Shown here: positions 10,577 through 20,273 of the stretch, piece by piece
Position numbering within the stretch: the stretch's first letter is position 1
Layout: every line of letters begins with the position of its first letter
Origin: Patescibacteria group bacterium
Lineage (GTDB): Bacteria > Patescibacteriota > Microgenomatia > UBA1400 > PJMF01
NCBI GenBank assembly: GCA_041747555.1
Contig: JBGTEY010000013.1
Coordinates: 80,814-144,813 of the forward strand
Length of the DNA stretch: 64,000 nt
Direction: 5' to 3'
Translations under genes and position numbers: made by a program
Notes under the pieces: generated by a model
What the model saw: the letters and a program-made list of their open reading frames with translations, nothing else
What the model was told of the DNA's origin: nothing
Database searches by the model: none

Positions 10577-12249
10577 TGAAACGATTCATCAGTATCGGCG
10601 CGATAGTACTCACGACGGTCTTGGTGTGTTCGGCATATTTTCAACACAGTTTTCCCTACACGCATGATGGAGAAAATCACCTCGCTCGTTTTGCGAATTA
10701 CTATGTAGCGGTCAAGGAAGGTCAGCTGCCCCCACGCTTTGCACCCAATTTATTGAATCGATATGGGTATCCGGTTTTTAACTATAATTATCCACTCGCA
10801 AATATGCTTTCGGTTCCGCTGAGAGTGCTGTCATTGTCATACCAGCAGATTTTTAGCCTGTTGACGATATTAGCAGTACTTGCGGGAGGGATCGGTACAT
10901 ATCTGTGGACAAAAAGCTTTGGACTCTCTGACTCCGCCTCGCTCTTAGCTGGGCTTACATTGCTGTCAGCACCTTATTTGACAAATTTACTTCTGTATCG
11001 AGGAACGATCGGTGAAACAATCGCTCTGGCATTAATTCCATGGATGATACTGCTCACCACAAAATTACTTAAGGCTGTTGATGATACTACCAAAGACCTG
11101 GGTGCCGTTTCATTTCTATTCGTGATGACCACTCTGTTGTGGACAGCATTTTTTCTGGCGCATAACTCGACAGTTCTAATAGGTGCACCTTTGGTTTGTA
11201 TAGTTGTCCTCAGTGATATATGGCTCACAAGAAAAAAATTATCAGGACACAGCCTCAAACGCTTCTTGCTGGTGCTCGGTGCAAGTATTGGCTTGTCACT
11301 TTGGTTTTGGCTGCCGGCGCTTCTTGAGCTTGATGCCGTAGTTTTATCGGGTGCACAGAATAATACAGAATATTCGAGACACTTTCCGACCGTTGACCAA
11401 TTACTGTTTTCATCGCCAGGCTTTGGGTTTTCTCAGCCAAGCGCAGTAGACGGACTGTCATTTCGAATTGGATGGGCGCAGCTCATGGGATTAATTATAA
11501 GTATTTTAGCATTGCTGCAATCTGTACGTCCCAAAGAACGGCTACAAAAGCGTTTATTTGCAGGTCTAGTACTTCTGTGTGGAATGCTTATTTTTCTAGA
11601 AATGGAGGTGTCACTTCCGATTTGGAATCTCCCGCTGATTAGGTATGTACAGTTTCCTTGGAGATTAAGTGGAATGCTCATAATACTCATTGGGCCACTA
11701 ATCGCGTATGGTTTTGATAATTCGAAGTATATCTGGAAACTACTGCTAGCTACCGCTGTAGTGATGCAACTTAGTTTGGCACTTTCACAAAGCCCTGTCG
11801 ATCAATTTTTCAAAACTAATGATGATCATGAAGCATTTACACAAACGACGAGCACTCAAAATGAGAATCTACCAATTAATTTTACTTACGAAAATATAGC
11901 CGATTGGGAACCAACACCAAAAATTGATACAGGTGTGGGTACCATTCAAGTGTCGCATTGGTCAGGTTCACAGAGAACATACGATGTTCTTCTAGAGACT
12001 GATGCAATTATCATTGAACCAACAGCATTTTTTCCAGGATGGATCACGACGATTGGAACCAGTGAAGTGCAATATCTACCGCATTCACAAACAGACGGCA
12101 GGATTGGATACTTTTTACCAAAAGGTGAGTATCGCGTCCATACTCGCTTTACACAAAACACACTCCCAAGAACAATTGGCTCTATCGCATTTATAGTTAC
12201 ATTTTCTAGTCTAGTAGGATGGTTAGTATGGCATCAAATCAAAAGGTGA
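10576..12249 (+). CDS. Multi-TM GT-C-like protein (YfhO / PTPS-related membrane family)
   Basis: THDGENHLAR, YGYPVFNYNYPL, RG, HN, FWLPA, QFPWR, and a C-terminal FPGW beta domain before the last TM. Confidence 0.75.
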   Translation: MKRFISIGAIVLTTVLVCSAYFQHSFPYTHDGENHLARFANYYVAVKEGQLPPRFAPNLLNRYGYPVFNYNYPLANMLSVPLRVLSLSYQQIFSLLTILAVLAGGIGTYLWTKSFGLSDSASLLAGLTLLSAPYLTNLLLYRGTIGETIALALIPWMILLTTKLLKAVDDTTKDLGAVSFLFVMTTLLWTAFFLAHNSTVLIGAPLVCIVVLSDIWLTRKKLSGHSLKRFLLVLGASIGLSLWFWLPALLELDAVVLSGAQNNTEYSRHFPTVDQLLFSSPGFGFSQPSAVDGLSFRIGWAQLMGLIISILALLQSVRPKERLQKRLFAGLVLLCGMLIFLEMEVSLPIWNLPLIRYVQFPWRLSGMLIILIGPLIAYGFDNSKYIWKLLLATAVVMQLSLALSQSPVDQFFKTNDDHEAFTQTTSTQNENLPINFTYENIADWEPTPKIDTGVGTIQVSHWSGSQRTYDVLLETDAIIIEPTAFFPGWITTIGTSEVQYLPHSQTDGRIGYFLPKGEYRVHTRFTQNTLPRTIGSIAFIVTFSSLVGWLVWHQIKR

Positions 12250-13445
12250 TTAAACAGCTGAGCGCCATCATAGCGCTGACACTCGCCTGGCGAGGGGCAT
12301 TATTTTTGCTTTCTAAGACTGCTCAAAGTATTTTGCCCTATGATCCAAGCTTTCCCTATCATGATATAATTTTTTCGCTCTCAAACATACCCCAGTGGAT
12401 ATACTCTTGGGCAAACTTTGATGGAGTTCACTACATCACCCTAGCCAGAAATGGATATGTAGGCACTGGCTTAATTCAAGCTTTTTTTCCGTTATATCCT
12501 GCAGCGATTGCGCTCTTGATTCCTTTGCAGATTTCCTCAATAATTTCTGGGCTGACACTCTCATTTCTAGGTTTGGTGGGCGCCGCTTGCACTCTTTTTC
12601 TCCTAGTTAAAAAGCATTTTACTAGCCGAATTGCATTCTGGTCAGTGATCGGACTTTTACTATTTCCTACATCATTTTTCTTTGCAGCTCTCTACTCGGA
12701 ATCTTTTTTTCTATTTTTTATCCTTCAGGCTCTGTATTGGTATGAAAGGAAGAAATGGTTATTGCTGACAATTTTTATAGGATCGGCGTCTGCTACGCGA
12801 CTGGTTGGAATTGCACTGGTGCCAGTCTTATTACTGGATATTGGATTACAAGATATGAGTTTTAAGGCAAGAACTGTATCAACTAGTAGATACTTGTGGC
12901 AAGGTATGGTTCGCATAATTGATAATTGGACACAAAATGTTCGCGCTGTGATATCTGTGTCTTTAGGGAGCGTGGGGCTACTGGGATATATGACTTACCT
13001 GTATTACACCTTTGGTGATGCATTATATTTTTATCATGTGCAGCCAGAATTCGGAGGTGGGAGAGAGGAGCAAATAGTACTCTTACCACAAGTAATTTTT
13101 CGTACCCTAAAAATTGTGCTTACCGTACCCGTTTCCATCTTGAGAACACCAGTGTACATTCAAGAACTTCTTGCAGGAACTTTGCCACTCATCTTATTGG
13201 CACTGCTCTATAAAAAAGTACCAACAACTTGGCTGGTATTTTCTGCCATTGCACTCCTACTGCCTACTGCTACTGGAACATTTTCAAGCATGCCTCGGTA
13301 CGCGCTCGTAGCATTTCCGTTGTTTGTCGGATTCGGCCTTCTTATGAGAGATCGACCGAAAGTAGGACTGCCACTACTCTTACTCTCGACATTTCTCATG
13401 GTATTTAATACGATACTGTTTATCCAGGGATACTGGGTGGCATAA
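12228..13445 (+). CDS. PIG-V-like (GT76, Mannosyl_trans2) GT-C mannosyltransferase
   Basis: WANFDGVHY, AFFPLYP, FPTSFFFAALYSESFF, ATRLVG, SMPRY. Start is uncertain (12219/12228, or GTG 12246 overlapping the upstream TGA). Confidence 0.8.
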   Translation: MASNQKVIKQLSAIIALTLAWRGALFLLSKTAQSILPYDPSFPYHDIIFSLSNIPQWIYSWANFDGVHYITLARNGYVGTGLIQAFFPLYPAAIALLIPLQISSIISGLTLSFLGLVGAACTLFLLVKKHFTSRIAFWSVIGLLLFPTSFFFAALYSESFFLFFILQALYWYERKKWLLLTIFIGSASATRLVGIALVPVLLLDIGLQDMSFKARTVSTSRYLWQGMVRIIDNWTQNVRAVISVSLGSVGLLGYMTYLYYTFGDALYFYHVQPEFGGGREEQIVLLPQVIFRTLKIVLTVPVSILRTPVYIQELLAGTLPLILLALLYKKVPTTWLVFSAIALLLPTATGTFSSMPRYALVAFPLFVGFGLLMRDRPKVGLPLLLLSTFLMVFNTILFIQGYWVA

Positions 13446-13460
13446 TCAAGTAAGGAACGT

Positions 13461-14378
13461 ATGAACATAATTGTTACCGGGGGAGCAGGATTTTTAGGGA
13501 CACATCTTTGTCGAAGACTCGCTCAAGAAGGTCATACTGTAAAAGTTATTGATCTCGTTACAAACCCAGAATTCGAAACAATTATCGCTGATGTCAGAGA
13601 CCGCAATGAAATGATGCGGTATATCAGAGATGCGGAGTTAGTATTTCACCTTGCTGCAAAAATAGAAGCAGGTGAGTCCGTTAAAAATCCTCAACTGTTC
13701 ATAGACCACAATATTACCGGCACACTCTCTGTTTTAGATGCAATGGTGGAGAATGGTGTTTCCTCAATCATATTTTCTTCAACTGCGGCTGTATATGGCG
13801 AGCCAATCAGAGTACCGATCTTCGAAGATGATAGGACAATTCCAATTAATCCCTACGGCATGACCAAACTTGCAGTCGAAGGACTGCTATCATCATATGT
13901 TGCAACACACAATCTAACAGCAATTGCACTGAGATACTTCAATCTTTATGGTCCCGAAGAGCACCATGAGCCTGAAACACATGCTATTCCACGATTTATA
14001 AAACAAATTCATACTAATGAAGAAGTAACTGTGTATGGTTCCGGCGGACACAAACGTGACTATATTTTTATCACTGATGTCGTTGAGGCTCACATTAAGG
14101 CAATTTCACTCTCTGAACAAAAACCACAACAATACCACTACTGTAATTTATCCACACAACGTCCAGCATCGGTACTTGATATCGTAAGGATAATAGAGAG
14201 CGTGATGGAAAAAAAAGCTCAAATTAAGCACTACCCAGAACGACCTGGTGATCCACTTGTGCTCGTTGCTGACGCCAGCAAAGCACAAGAGCTATTAGAA
14301 TGGTCATCTCAAGTTGTTTTGGAGACAGGCTTAAAAGAAACAGTCGACTATTTTCTCAAATTTTGGAATAAATCGTAA
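13461..14378 (+). CDS. galE: NAD-dependent epimerase, UDP-glucose 4-epimerase-like
   Basis: VTGGAGFLG, FSSTAAVYG, YGMTK (YxxxK), LRYFNLYG, HEPETHAIP, RPGDP. Confidence 0.7.
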   Translation: MNIIVTGGAGFLGTHLCRRLAQEGHTVKVIDLVTNPEFETIIADVRDRNEMMRYIRDAELVFHLAAKIEAGESVKNPQLFIDHNITGTLSVLDAMVENGVSSIIFSSTAAVYGEPIRVPIFEDDRTIPINPYGMTKLAVEGLLSSYVATHNLTAIALRYFNLYGPEEHHEPETHAIPRFIKQIHTNEEVTVYGSGGHKRDYIFITDVVEAHIKAISLSEQKPQQYHYCNLSTQRPASVLDIVRIIESVMEKKAQIKHYPERPGDPLVLVADASKAQELLEWSSQVVLETGLKETVDYFLKFWNKS

Positions 14379-15047
14379 ATGAAACGATCAAATATTTGGA
14401 TCCTCATTCCTGGCCTAAACGAAGAAAAGTATATTTCGACGGTTTTAAAAAAAGTTAAAAAACATACAAACAACATTATTGTAATCAGTGATGGCTCGAC
14501 AGATGCAACTGCTCGTATTGCAAAAAAATACACAGATCACGTACTTTCACACTCAATAAATTTGGGCAAGGGCGCAGCGCTCAACACCGGTTGCCAATAT
14601 GCATTTAATAATCTAGGTGCTGAGGCTGTAATTTTTATGGATAGCGATGACCAGCACGACCCCGCTGAAATTGATGACTTTATCGATAAGTTAGAGCAAG
14701 GTGCAAGTGTCGTTTTTGGTGTCCGCTCATTTAATGAACACATGCCATTGTTTCGGATTATTATGAACCGCTTGGCATCAGTAACGATTTACGCATTATT
14801 TGGATCATACATTCCAGACATTCCAAGTGGTTTTAAAGCGCTTTCTAAACATGCTTATTCAAAAATACAGTGGGAGGCACCTGATTACGCAGTTGAGATC
14901 GAAATTGCAGCCAAAGTTGCGAAATACAACATCAAGTATGAAGTAGTTCCAATAAAAACAATTTATCATGACTTCGATCGGGGGGTGACAATTCTCGATA
15001 CAATACATATGATAGCTAGAATACTGAGCTGGAGAATATCACTATGA
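14379..15047 (+). CDS. GT2, DPM1-like polyprenol-phosphate glycosyltransferase
   Basis: LNEE, DGSTD, NLGKGAAL, MDSDDQH, D.PSGFK, E.EI. Confidence 0.85.
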   Translation: MKRSNIWILIPGLNEEKYISTVLKKVKKHTNNIIVISDGSTDATARIAKKYTDHVLSHSINLGKGAALNTGCQYAFNNLGAEAVIFMDSDDQHDPAEIDDFIDKLEQGASVVFGVRSFNEHMPLFRIIMNRLASVTIYALFGSYIPDIPSGFKALSKHAYSKIQWEAPDYAVEIEIAAKVAKYNIKYEVVPIKTIYHDFDRGVTILDTIHMIARILSWRISL

Positions 15048-15373
15048 GCATATTTCAAATTGTGAGTGTTTTATTTGCCCTGTTCTTGATGTATGTTGTC
15101 TCAATTCATCGCCGGAAAGCTAAATTAACTACAACAGAAGTCTCATTTTGGTACTCAATGTGGGCTTTTTTTATAGTTATCGCACTGTTTCCGGGGTTAC
15201 TCCTTGGAATAACACAGCAGCTTCATTTTGCTCGGGTATTTGATTTGCTTGTAGTTGCTGCATTGATGGTGCTTACAATTCTAGTAGTTATCAATTACTT
15301 CACTCAAAAAGAAAATCAAAAAAACTTAGAAAAATTTGTCAGAAAGCAGGCCATTGATGAACAGAATACATAA
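15044..15373 (+). CDS. Small 3-TM membrane protein, DUF2304-like
   Basis: 109 aa with three hydrophobic helices, FW..W and FP..L motifs, R..D and C-terminal K.VR..AI; this family typically follows DPM1-like GT2 genes. Confidence 0.75.
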   Translation: MSIFQIVSVLFALFLMYVVSIHRRKAKLTTTEVSFWYSMWAFFIVIALFPGLLLGITQQLHFARVFDLLVVAALMVLTILVVINYFTQKENQKNLEKFVRKQAIDEQNT

Positions 15374-16097
15374 AAAAGCAATCTCAAAAACAGTAGTCTC
15401 TGTTATCATGCCTGTGTACAACGAGGAACGAACGATCTCGACTATTATTGAAGAAGTCCATGCATCAGGAGTAAAAAACATTGAATTGATTGTTGTTGAT
15501 GATAATTCTACCGACAACACCAGATCGCTTCTCAAAAAACACAAAAAACAAATTGCTACATTAATTTTACGCAAAACAAATGGTGGCAAAGGCGCTGCAC
15601 TCAGAGATGGCATTGCAGAAGCCACCGGCGATATCGTCCTTATCCAGGACGCAGATCTTGAATACACTCCCCAAGATTATCCTCGACTCCTCCAGCCGAT
15701 TATTGACGATCGCGCCGATGTGGTGTTTGGCTCACGGTTTGTGGGATCACATCCCCATCGAATCGTGTATTTCTGGCATTACATGGCGAATGTTGGACTG
15801 ACGTTACTTTCAAACATTTTTACAAATCTGAATCTTACCGACATGGAAACATGCTACAAAGTATTTCGACGCGAACTTATCCAATCACTTACAATTGAAG
15901 AAAACTCATTCGGCATTGAACCAGAAATCACAGCCAAAATTGCACACATGAAACCTAGAATCTACGAAGTTGGTATAGCGTATTATGGGAGAACATATGA
16001 CGAAGGTAAGAAAATTGGGATTCGTGACGCATTCCGCGCGGTATGGGCAATTGTAAAATATAATCTACTAGCAAGAGCTGGCCGATACTCTTCATAA
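15357..16097 (+). CDS. GT2, DPM1-like polyprenol-phosphate glycosyltransferase
   Basis: MPVYNEE, DDNSTD, GKGAALR, QDADLEY, DMETCYK, GRTYDEGKKI. Start set to ATG 15357. Confidence 0.92.
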   Translation: MNRIHKKAISKTVVSVIMPVYNEERTISTIIEEVHASGVKNIELIVVDDNSTDNTRSLLKKHKKQIATLILRKTNGGKGAALRDGIAEATGDIVLIQDADLEYTPQDYPRLLQPIIDDRADVVFGSRFVGSHPHRIVYFWHYMANVGLTLLSNIFTNLNLTDMETCYKVFRRELIQSLTIEENSFGIEPEITAKIAHMKPRIYEVGIAYYGRTYDEGKKIGIRDAFRAVWAIVKYNLLARAGRYSS

Positions 16098-16101
16098 AAT
16101 A

Positions 16102-17118
16102 ATGAGATTATCAAAGAAAAAAATACTGATTACCGGTGCTGGTGGGTTTATTGGATCTCACCTCGTAGATGTATTGATTGAAAAAAAATTGAAATCTCAG
16201 CTACTCTTGATGCTTCTTCCTGATGAACCAATGGATAATCTTCTCCATCATCCGGATTTAGAAATTGTGAGAGGAGATATCAGAGACGCTAATTTCATCA
16301 ATAAAATTATGAAAAATGTTGGGCTCGTGTATCATCTAGCGGCCCGAATCGATTTTGATGGAAAAACCTATGCCGAGTACGAAGATGTTAACGTCACTGG
16401 CACGCGCAATTTAGTAGATGCAGCAATCCGAGAAAAAGTTCAGAAATTTATTTTCTACAGCAGCATTGGGGTACATGGTTTGCCCGCAGGCATAGGAAAT
16501 ATTGAGAATTGGGATGAATTACATCCACCGACATACACCAATTTTTATGGCCAATCAAAATGGGAAGCAGAGGAGTACATCAGAGATGCTCACGCAAAAT
16601 CTGGTCTGGCGTATACCATTATCAGACCTGCAAGTGTGTATGGCCCAAGAGAGAAAGGTCCAACACTTGCGCTCTATAGGGCTATAAAAAATGGTCATTT
16701 CGCAATAATTGGCACTGGCAAAAACAAAATGCACTATGTGTATGTCAGAGATCTAGTCGAAGCAACCTACCTTGCGGGCACCTCACCAAATATTTCGGGT
16801 GAGTACATTATTGCTGGCGCAGAACCAACTACATTTACCGATGTGGTAAAGCACGTTGCGCTGAGCTGCAATGCAAAAATACCAACCCGCTCGATTCCTC
16901 TTTTTATTGCAAACATCTTGGCATACGTCGCGCAATGTATTATGAGCGTAACGGGCATGACACTACCAATTTTTCCCTCACGTGTTCGCACGATGACGAC
17001 TTCGTATTTTTACAATATTTCTAAAGCTAAAAAAGAATTGGGATATCAGCCAAAGGTCACTTTTGCGAAGGGTGCAAAATTAACCGGCGACTGGTATCTC
17101 GAGCATAATTATTTATGA
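16102..17118 (+). CDS. NAD-dependent epimerase/dehydratase (extended SDR, 3-beta-HSD-like)
   Basis: ITGAGGFIG, HLAA, SSIGV, YGQSK, RPASVYGP. Confidence 0.85.
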   Translation: MRLSKKKILITGAGGFIGSHLVDVLIEKKLKSQLLLMLLPDEPMDNLLHHPDLEIVRGDIRDANFINKIMKNVGLVYHLAARIDFDGKTYAEYEDVNVTGTRNLVDAAIREKVQKFIFYSSIGVHGLPAGIGNIENWDELHPPTYTNFYGQSKWEAEEYIRDAHAKSGLAYTIIRPASVYGPREKGPTLALYRAIKNGHFAIIGTGKNKMHYVYVRDLVEATYLAGTSPNISGEYIIAGAEPTTFTDVVKHVALSCNAKIPTRSIPLFIANILAYVAQCIMSVTGMTLPIFPSRVRTMTTSYFYNISKAKKELGYQPKVTFAKGAKLTGDWYLEHNYL

Positions 17119-18176
17119 GGCCAAAAACAAAACAGCCGCATGTATCTGTCATCGTTGTCACATATAATGCAGCGCCGTACATAAAAAAATGCATTGCATC
17201 GATACTTGCAAACACATTTTCAGATTTTGAATTGATCGTATTTGACAATGTGTCGACAGATACTACAACAAAGCTTGCAGCTTCTTTTTCAGACCCACGC
17301 ATACAAATTCATACTGCATCACATAACCTTGGATATGCCGGTGGTAACAATGCTGCGATTGCACTGAGTAAAGGTGCATACGTATGTGTTCTTAACCCAG
17401 ACGTGATTGTTGGTAAGAGGTTTTTGGAAGGCATGGTGTCAGAGCTTACAGCGGATCCAACGGTAGCAGCATGTCAACCATTGGTCTATTTTTATGATGG
17501 AAAAAAAATTAATCTCACCGGGATTTCTCCCCAATTTTTAGGGTTTAATGATCTTAATAATTTTGATTCAGAAATAATTCCCAAAAAAGGAGACATTACT
17601 GCTTTTAGTGGCTCTGGGTTCATGATTCGAAAAACAGTACTTGAGAGAGTCGGAACATTCGATGAGCAGTACTTCATGTACTTTGAAGATAGCGACCTTT
17701 CATGGAGAATTCGATTGGCGGGGCAAACCATTAGGTTTGTTCCAGAGAGCACAATGCGACATGACTACAAATACACACCCAGTAACACAAGCCAATCCAT
17801 GATGCGAAAACTGTTTTTTTATGAACGAAATCGATTACTCACGCTCTTTAAAAATTACTCACCAAAATTACTCATTCTCTCAGCACCTGCACTCATACTC
17901 ACTGAAATCGGCATGATTGCCAAGTCTTTAGTTGAGGGCTGGCTTGGCACTAAACTCCGAACGTATGTAAGCGCAACTAGTCTTATTCCCCACGTTTTAA
18001 CTTGTAGAAAAAACATAGCGCGATTCCGCCAGCTGTCTGACAGAGAAGTTATTCGCGATCTCAAACCAGAAATTACCTTTAAAAAATTTCAAACTACTGC
18101 AGTCACCACAGTGCTCAATCCCTTCCTCAAGGCATACTTCGCTGGAGTGTCATGGGTTGTGAGAGTCACCTCATGA
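17115..18176 (+). CDS. GT2 family glycosyltransferase
   Basis: VIVVTYN, NLGYAGGNN, LNPD, YFMYFEDSDLSWR, ERNRL. Confidence 0.9.
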   Translation: MRPKTKQPHVSVIVVTYNAAPYIKKCIASILANTFSDFELIVFDNVSTDTTTKLAASFSDPRIQIHTASHNLGYAGGNNAAIALSKGAYVCVLNPDVIVGKRFLEGMVSELTADPTVAACQPLVYFYDGKKINLTGISPQFLGFNDLNNFDSEIIPKKGDITAFSGSGFMIRKTVLERVGTFDEQYFMYFEDSDLSWRIRLAGQTIRFVPESTMRHDYKYTPSNTSQSMMRKLFFYERNRLLTLFKNYSPKLLILSAPALILTEIGMIAKSLVEGWLGTKLRTYVSATSLIPHVLTCRKNIARFRQLSDREVIRDLKPEITFKKFQTTAVTTVLNPFLKAYFAGVSWVVRVTS

Positions 18177-19330
18177 AAATACTTCAAGTGTGCTCCTATC
18201 TCTATCCAGCGCTCGCATACGGAGGTCCCGCAAAGGCTGTGCATGATCTCTCCAAGGAACTTTCAAAAAACCATTCGGTAACTATCTATACAGGAGATTC
18301 TTGGGATGAGACACGGAGATTGCGTGCAGATGAAAAATTACAGTCCTCAAAAAATTTCGAGGTGCTGTATTTTAGAAACATTTTAAATTCAATCGCATAC
18401 CGCTTGCGATTGTTTACTTGTTTCGGAATGGTTTTCAATTATTTGCGAGACTACAAACAATATGATGTGGTGCATATTCATGATGTGTTTATTTTTCCAC
18501 AATTTCTGATAGCATTTTTTGCAAAATTTTTTTCTGTACCGTATGTAATTTCTCCCCACGGAATTCTTGATCCAACACGGATGCATAAAAAATCCACTAT
18601 TAAAAAAATCTTGTGGCCAATTGCGCAGAGCGCTTTACAGAACGCAACGGCAGTAGTTGCTGTCTCTAATCAGGAAGCAGACGATCTCAAGACACTTGGG
18701 TTTAAGAACGTTACTACTATATTTAATGGGGCTCCCATTCCACAAATTGATCCAGAGAAAAAAGTATCCAATCGATTCAATCTCACGAAAGATCCTAAAT
18801 ATTTGACACTGCTGTACATTGGAAAACTCCATCCGCAAAAAGGATTATTGGAACTGCTTCAGGCTGTGAATATGAGCCGTACGTCTATCAAAGTACTGGT
18901 GGCTGGGCCAGATGATGGAGCGCTGCGATCACTAAAAACCTACTGCAGCGATGTTGGTCTACAACATGTGCATTTTTTAGGTCTAGTTGATGATTTAGAG
19001 AAGCAGTATTTGTTTTCGATAGCTGATATTTTTATGTATCCATCGTACGCCGAGGGGTTTTCAATTAGTATTCTCGAAAGCATGAGTGCAGCCGTACCTG
19101 TTATTATTACAGAAGGGTGCAACTTCCCGCTGGTTGCAGAGCGGCAAGCTGGATTCATCGTAAAACTCAAGAATCTTGATAAAAATATTGCAGCTATTTT
19201 GAATTCAAAGAACATAAAGCGGGAAACACTCAAAAAATTCGGTAAAAACGCTCGCACACTAGTAATCGAACAATTTTCAATATCTACTGCTGCGCAAAAG
19301 CATGTAAGGCTATATGAAAAAATCGCATAG
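18173..19330 (+). CDS. GT4 family glycosyltransferase
   Basis: YGGP, ISPHG, HPQKG, AEGFSISILESM. Start at 18173 gives an ATGA overlap. Confidence 0.9.
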   Translation: MKILQVCSYLYPALAYGGPAKAVHDLSKELSKNHSVTIYTGDSWDETRRLRADEKLQSSKNFEVLYFRNILNSIAYRLRLFTCFGMVFNYLRDYKQYDVVHIHDVFIFPQFLIAFFAKFFSVPYVISPHGILDPTRMHKKSTIKKILWPIAQSALQNATAVVAVSNQEADDLKTLGFKNVTTIFNGAPIPQIDPEKKVSNRFNLTKDPKYLTLLYIGKLHPQKGLLELLQAVNMSRTSIKVLVAGPDDGALRSLKTYCSDVGLQHVHFLGLVDDLEKQYLFSIADIFMYPSYAEGFSISILESMSAAVPVIITEGCNFPLVAERQAGFIVKLKNLDKNIAAILNSKNIKRETLKKFGKNARTLVIEQFSISTAAQKHVRLYEKIA

Positions 19331-20273
19331 TATTAATTTCTACGGAATCAACTGCACCCTCACATCAGAAAATGAGCAGTTTGCTTCAATTTTTAATCAA
19401 AAATTTAGTGGATTTAAAGAGGGCGCCACCTATGCATTTGATACACAGTCTCTGGAGATTTTATTTCAGCATAGTCGAGCAGAATATCCGACTCCTACCA
19501 AAGTAAGTAGTCACACCTGGAGGGGTGACGGTATTCTAAAAATTCGGCATAATTATCTCTCATCCTCATGTGACGTGTACTTTTTTTACAATACTTCTCA
19601 CCAGCTCACAAAAATTCTGTTGTGCTACAGTGAATCCATAATCTTTAAACTGCTTAATGCTGCAATTGGTAGTAAGCTGCGAAGACAACTATTCCAAATC
19701 CTACTTAAACTTTATATTGAGCAATCCATTCTTTGGCAGCTCTGTTCGCAACATGATATGCGATGCTTGCACGCCGCTGCAATCGAAGAGAAGGGCGCAG
19801 TGCAAATCCTGGCTGGAATGAATGGAGTAGGAAAAAGTACTAAAGCATTGCAGTTAACACAAGTGAACAAATCGCGACTATATGCAGACAATTATCTACT
19901 AGTGAACAAAACACACGCCTATTTCTCTCCTGATTCAGTGAGACTTGATTCTAAAAGTATCAAACTGTTGCAATTGAATGCCGAAGGAGACTTTGGCTTT
20001 GGTAAAAAAACCGTTGCCATACCGTCCGAAGTTTTTTCTAAGATCCTGAGAGCACCGATTAAGCATATTTCTCGCATCACACTTGCAGAACATGAATCCA
20101 AGAAGAAATCTTCAAAGCAATCAGTGGTTCAAAAAATTTTAATAGATCAACTTATTCACCAAGAAGAAATCCTCGTTGCCCCTGTATCGCAAATTGGAGA
20201 GAAGTTTGATATAACTACTACGTTGTATCCAGATTGCGAGTATTTTGACTGGGAAATCGAACGAACTTCATGA
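19314..20273 (+). CDS. HprK-related P-loop NTPase/kinase-like protein A
   Basis: LHAAAI...ILAGMNGVGKST (His followed by Walker A), then LYADNY at the HprK Walker B-like DD position. Confidence 0.6.
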   Translation: MKKSHSINFYGINCTLTSENEQFASIFNQKFSGFKEGATYAFDTQSLEILFQHSRAEYPTPTKVSSHTWRGDGILKIRHNYLSSSCDVYFFYNTSHQLTKILLCYSESIIFKLLNAAIGSKLRRQLFQILLKLYIEQSILWQLCSQHDMRCLHAAAIEEKGAVQILAGMNGVGKSTKALQLTQVNKSRLYADNYLLVNKTHAYFSPDSVRLDSKSIKLLQLNAEGDFGFGKKTVAIPSEVFSKILRAPIKHISRITLAEHESKKKSSKQSVVQKILIDQLIHQEEILVAPVSQIGEKFDITTTLYPDCEYFDWEIERTS

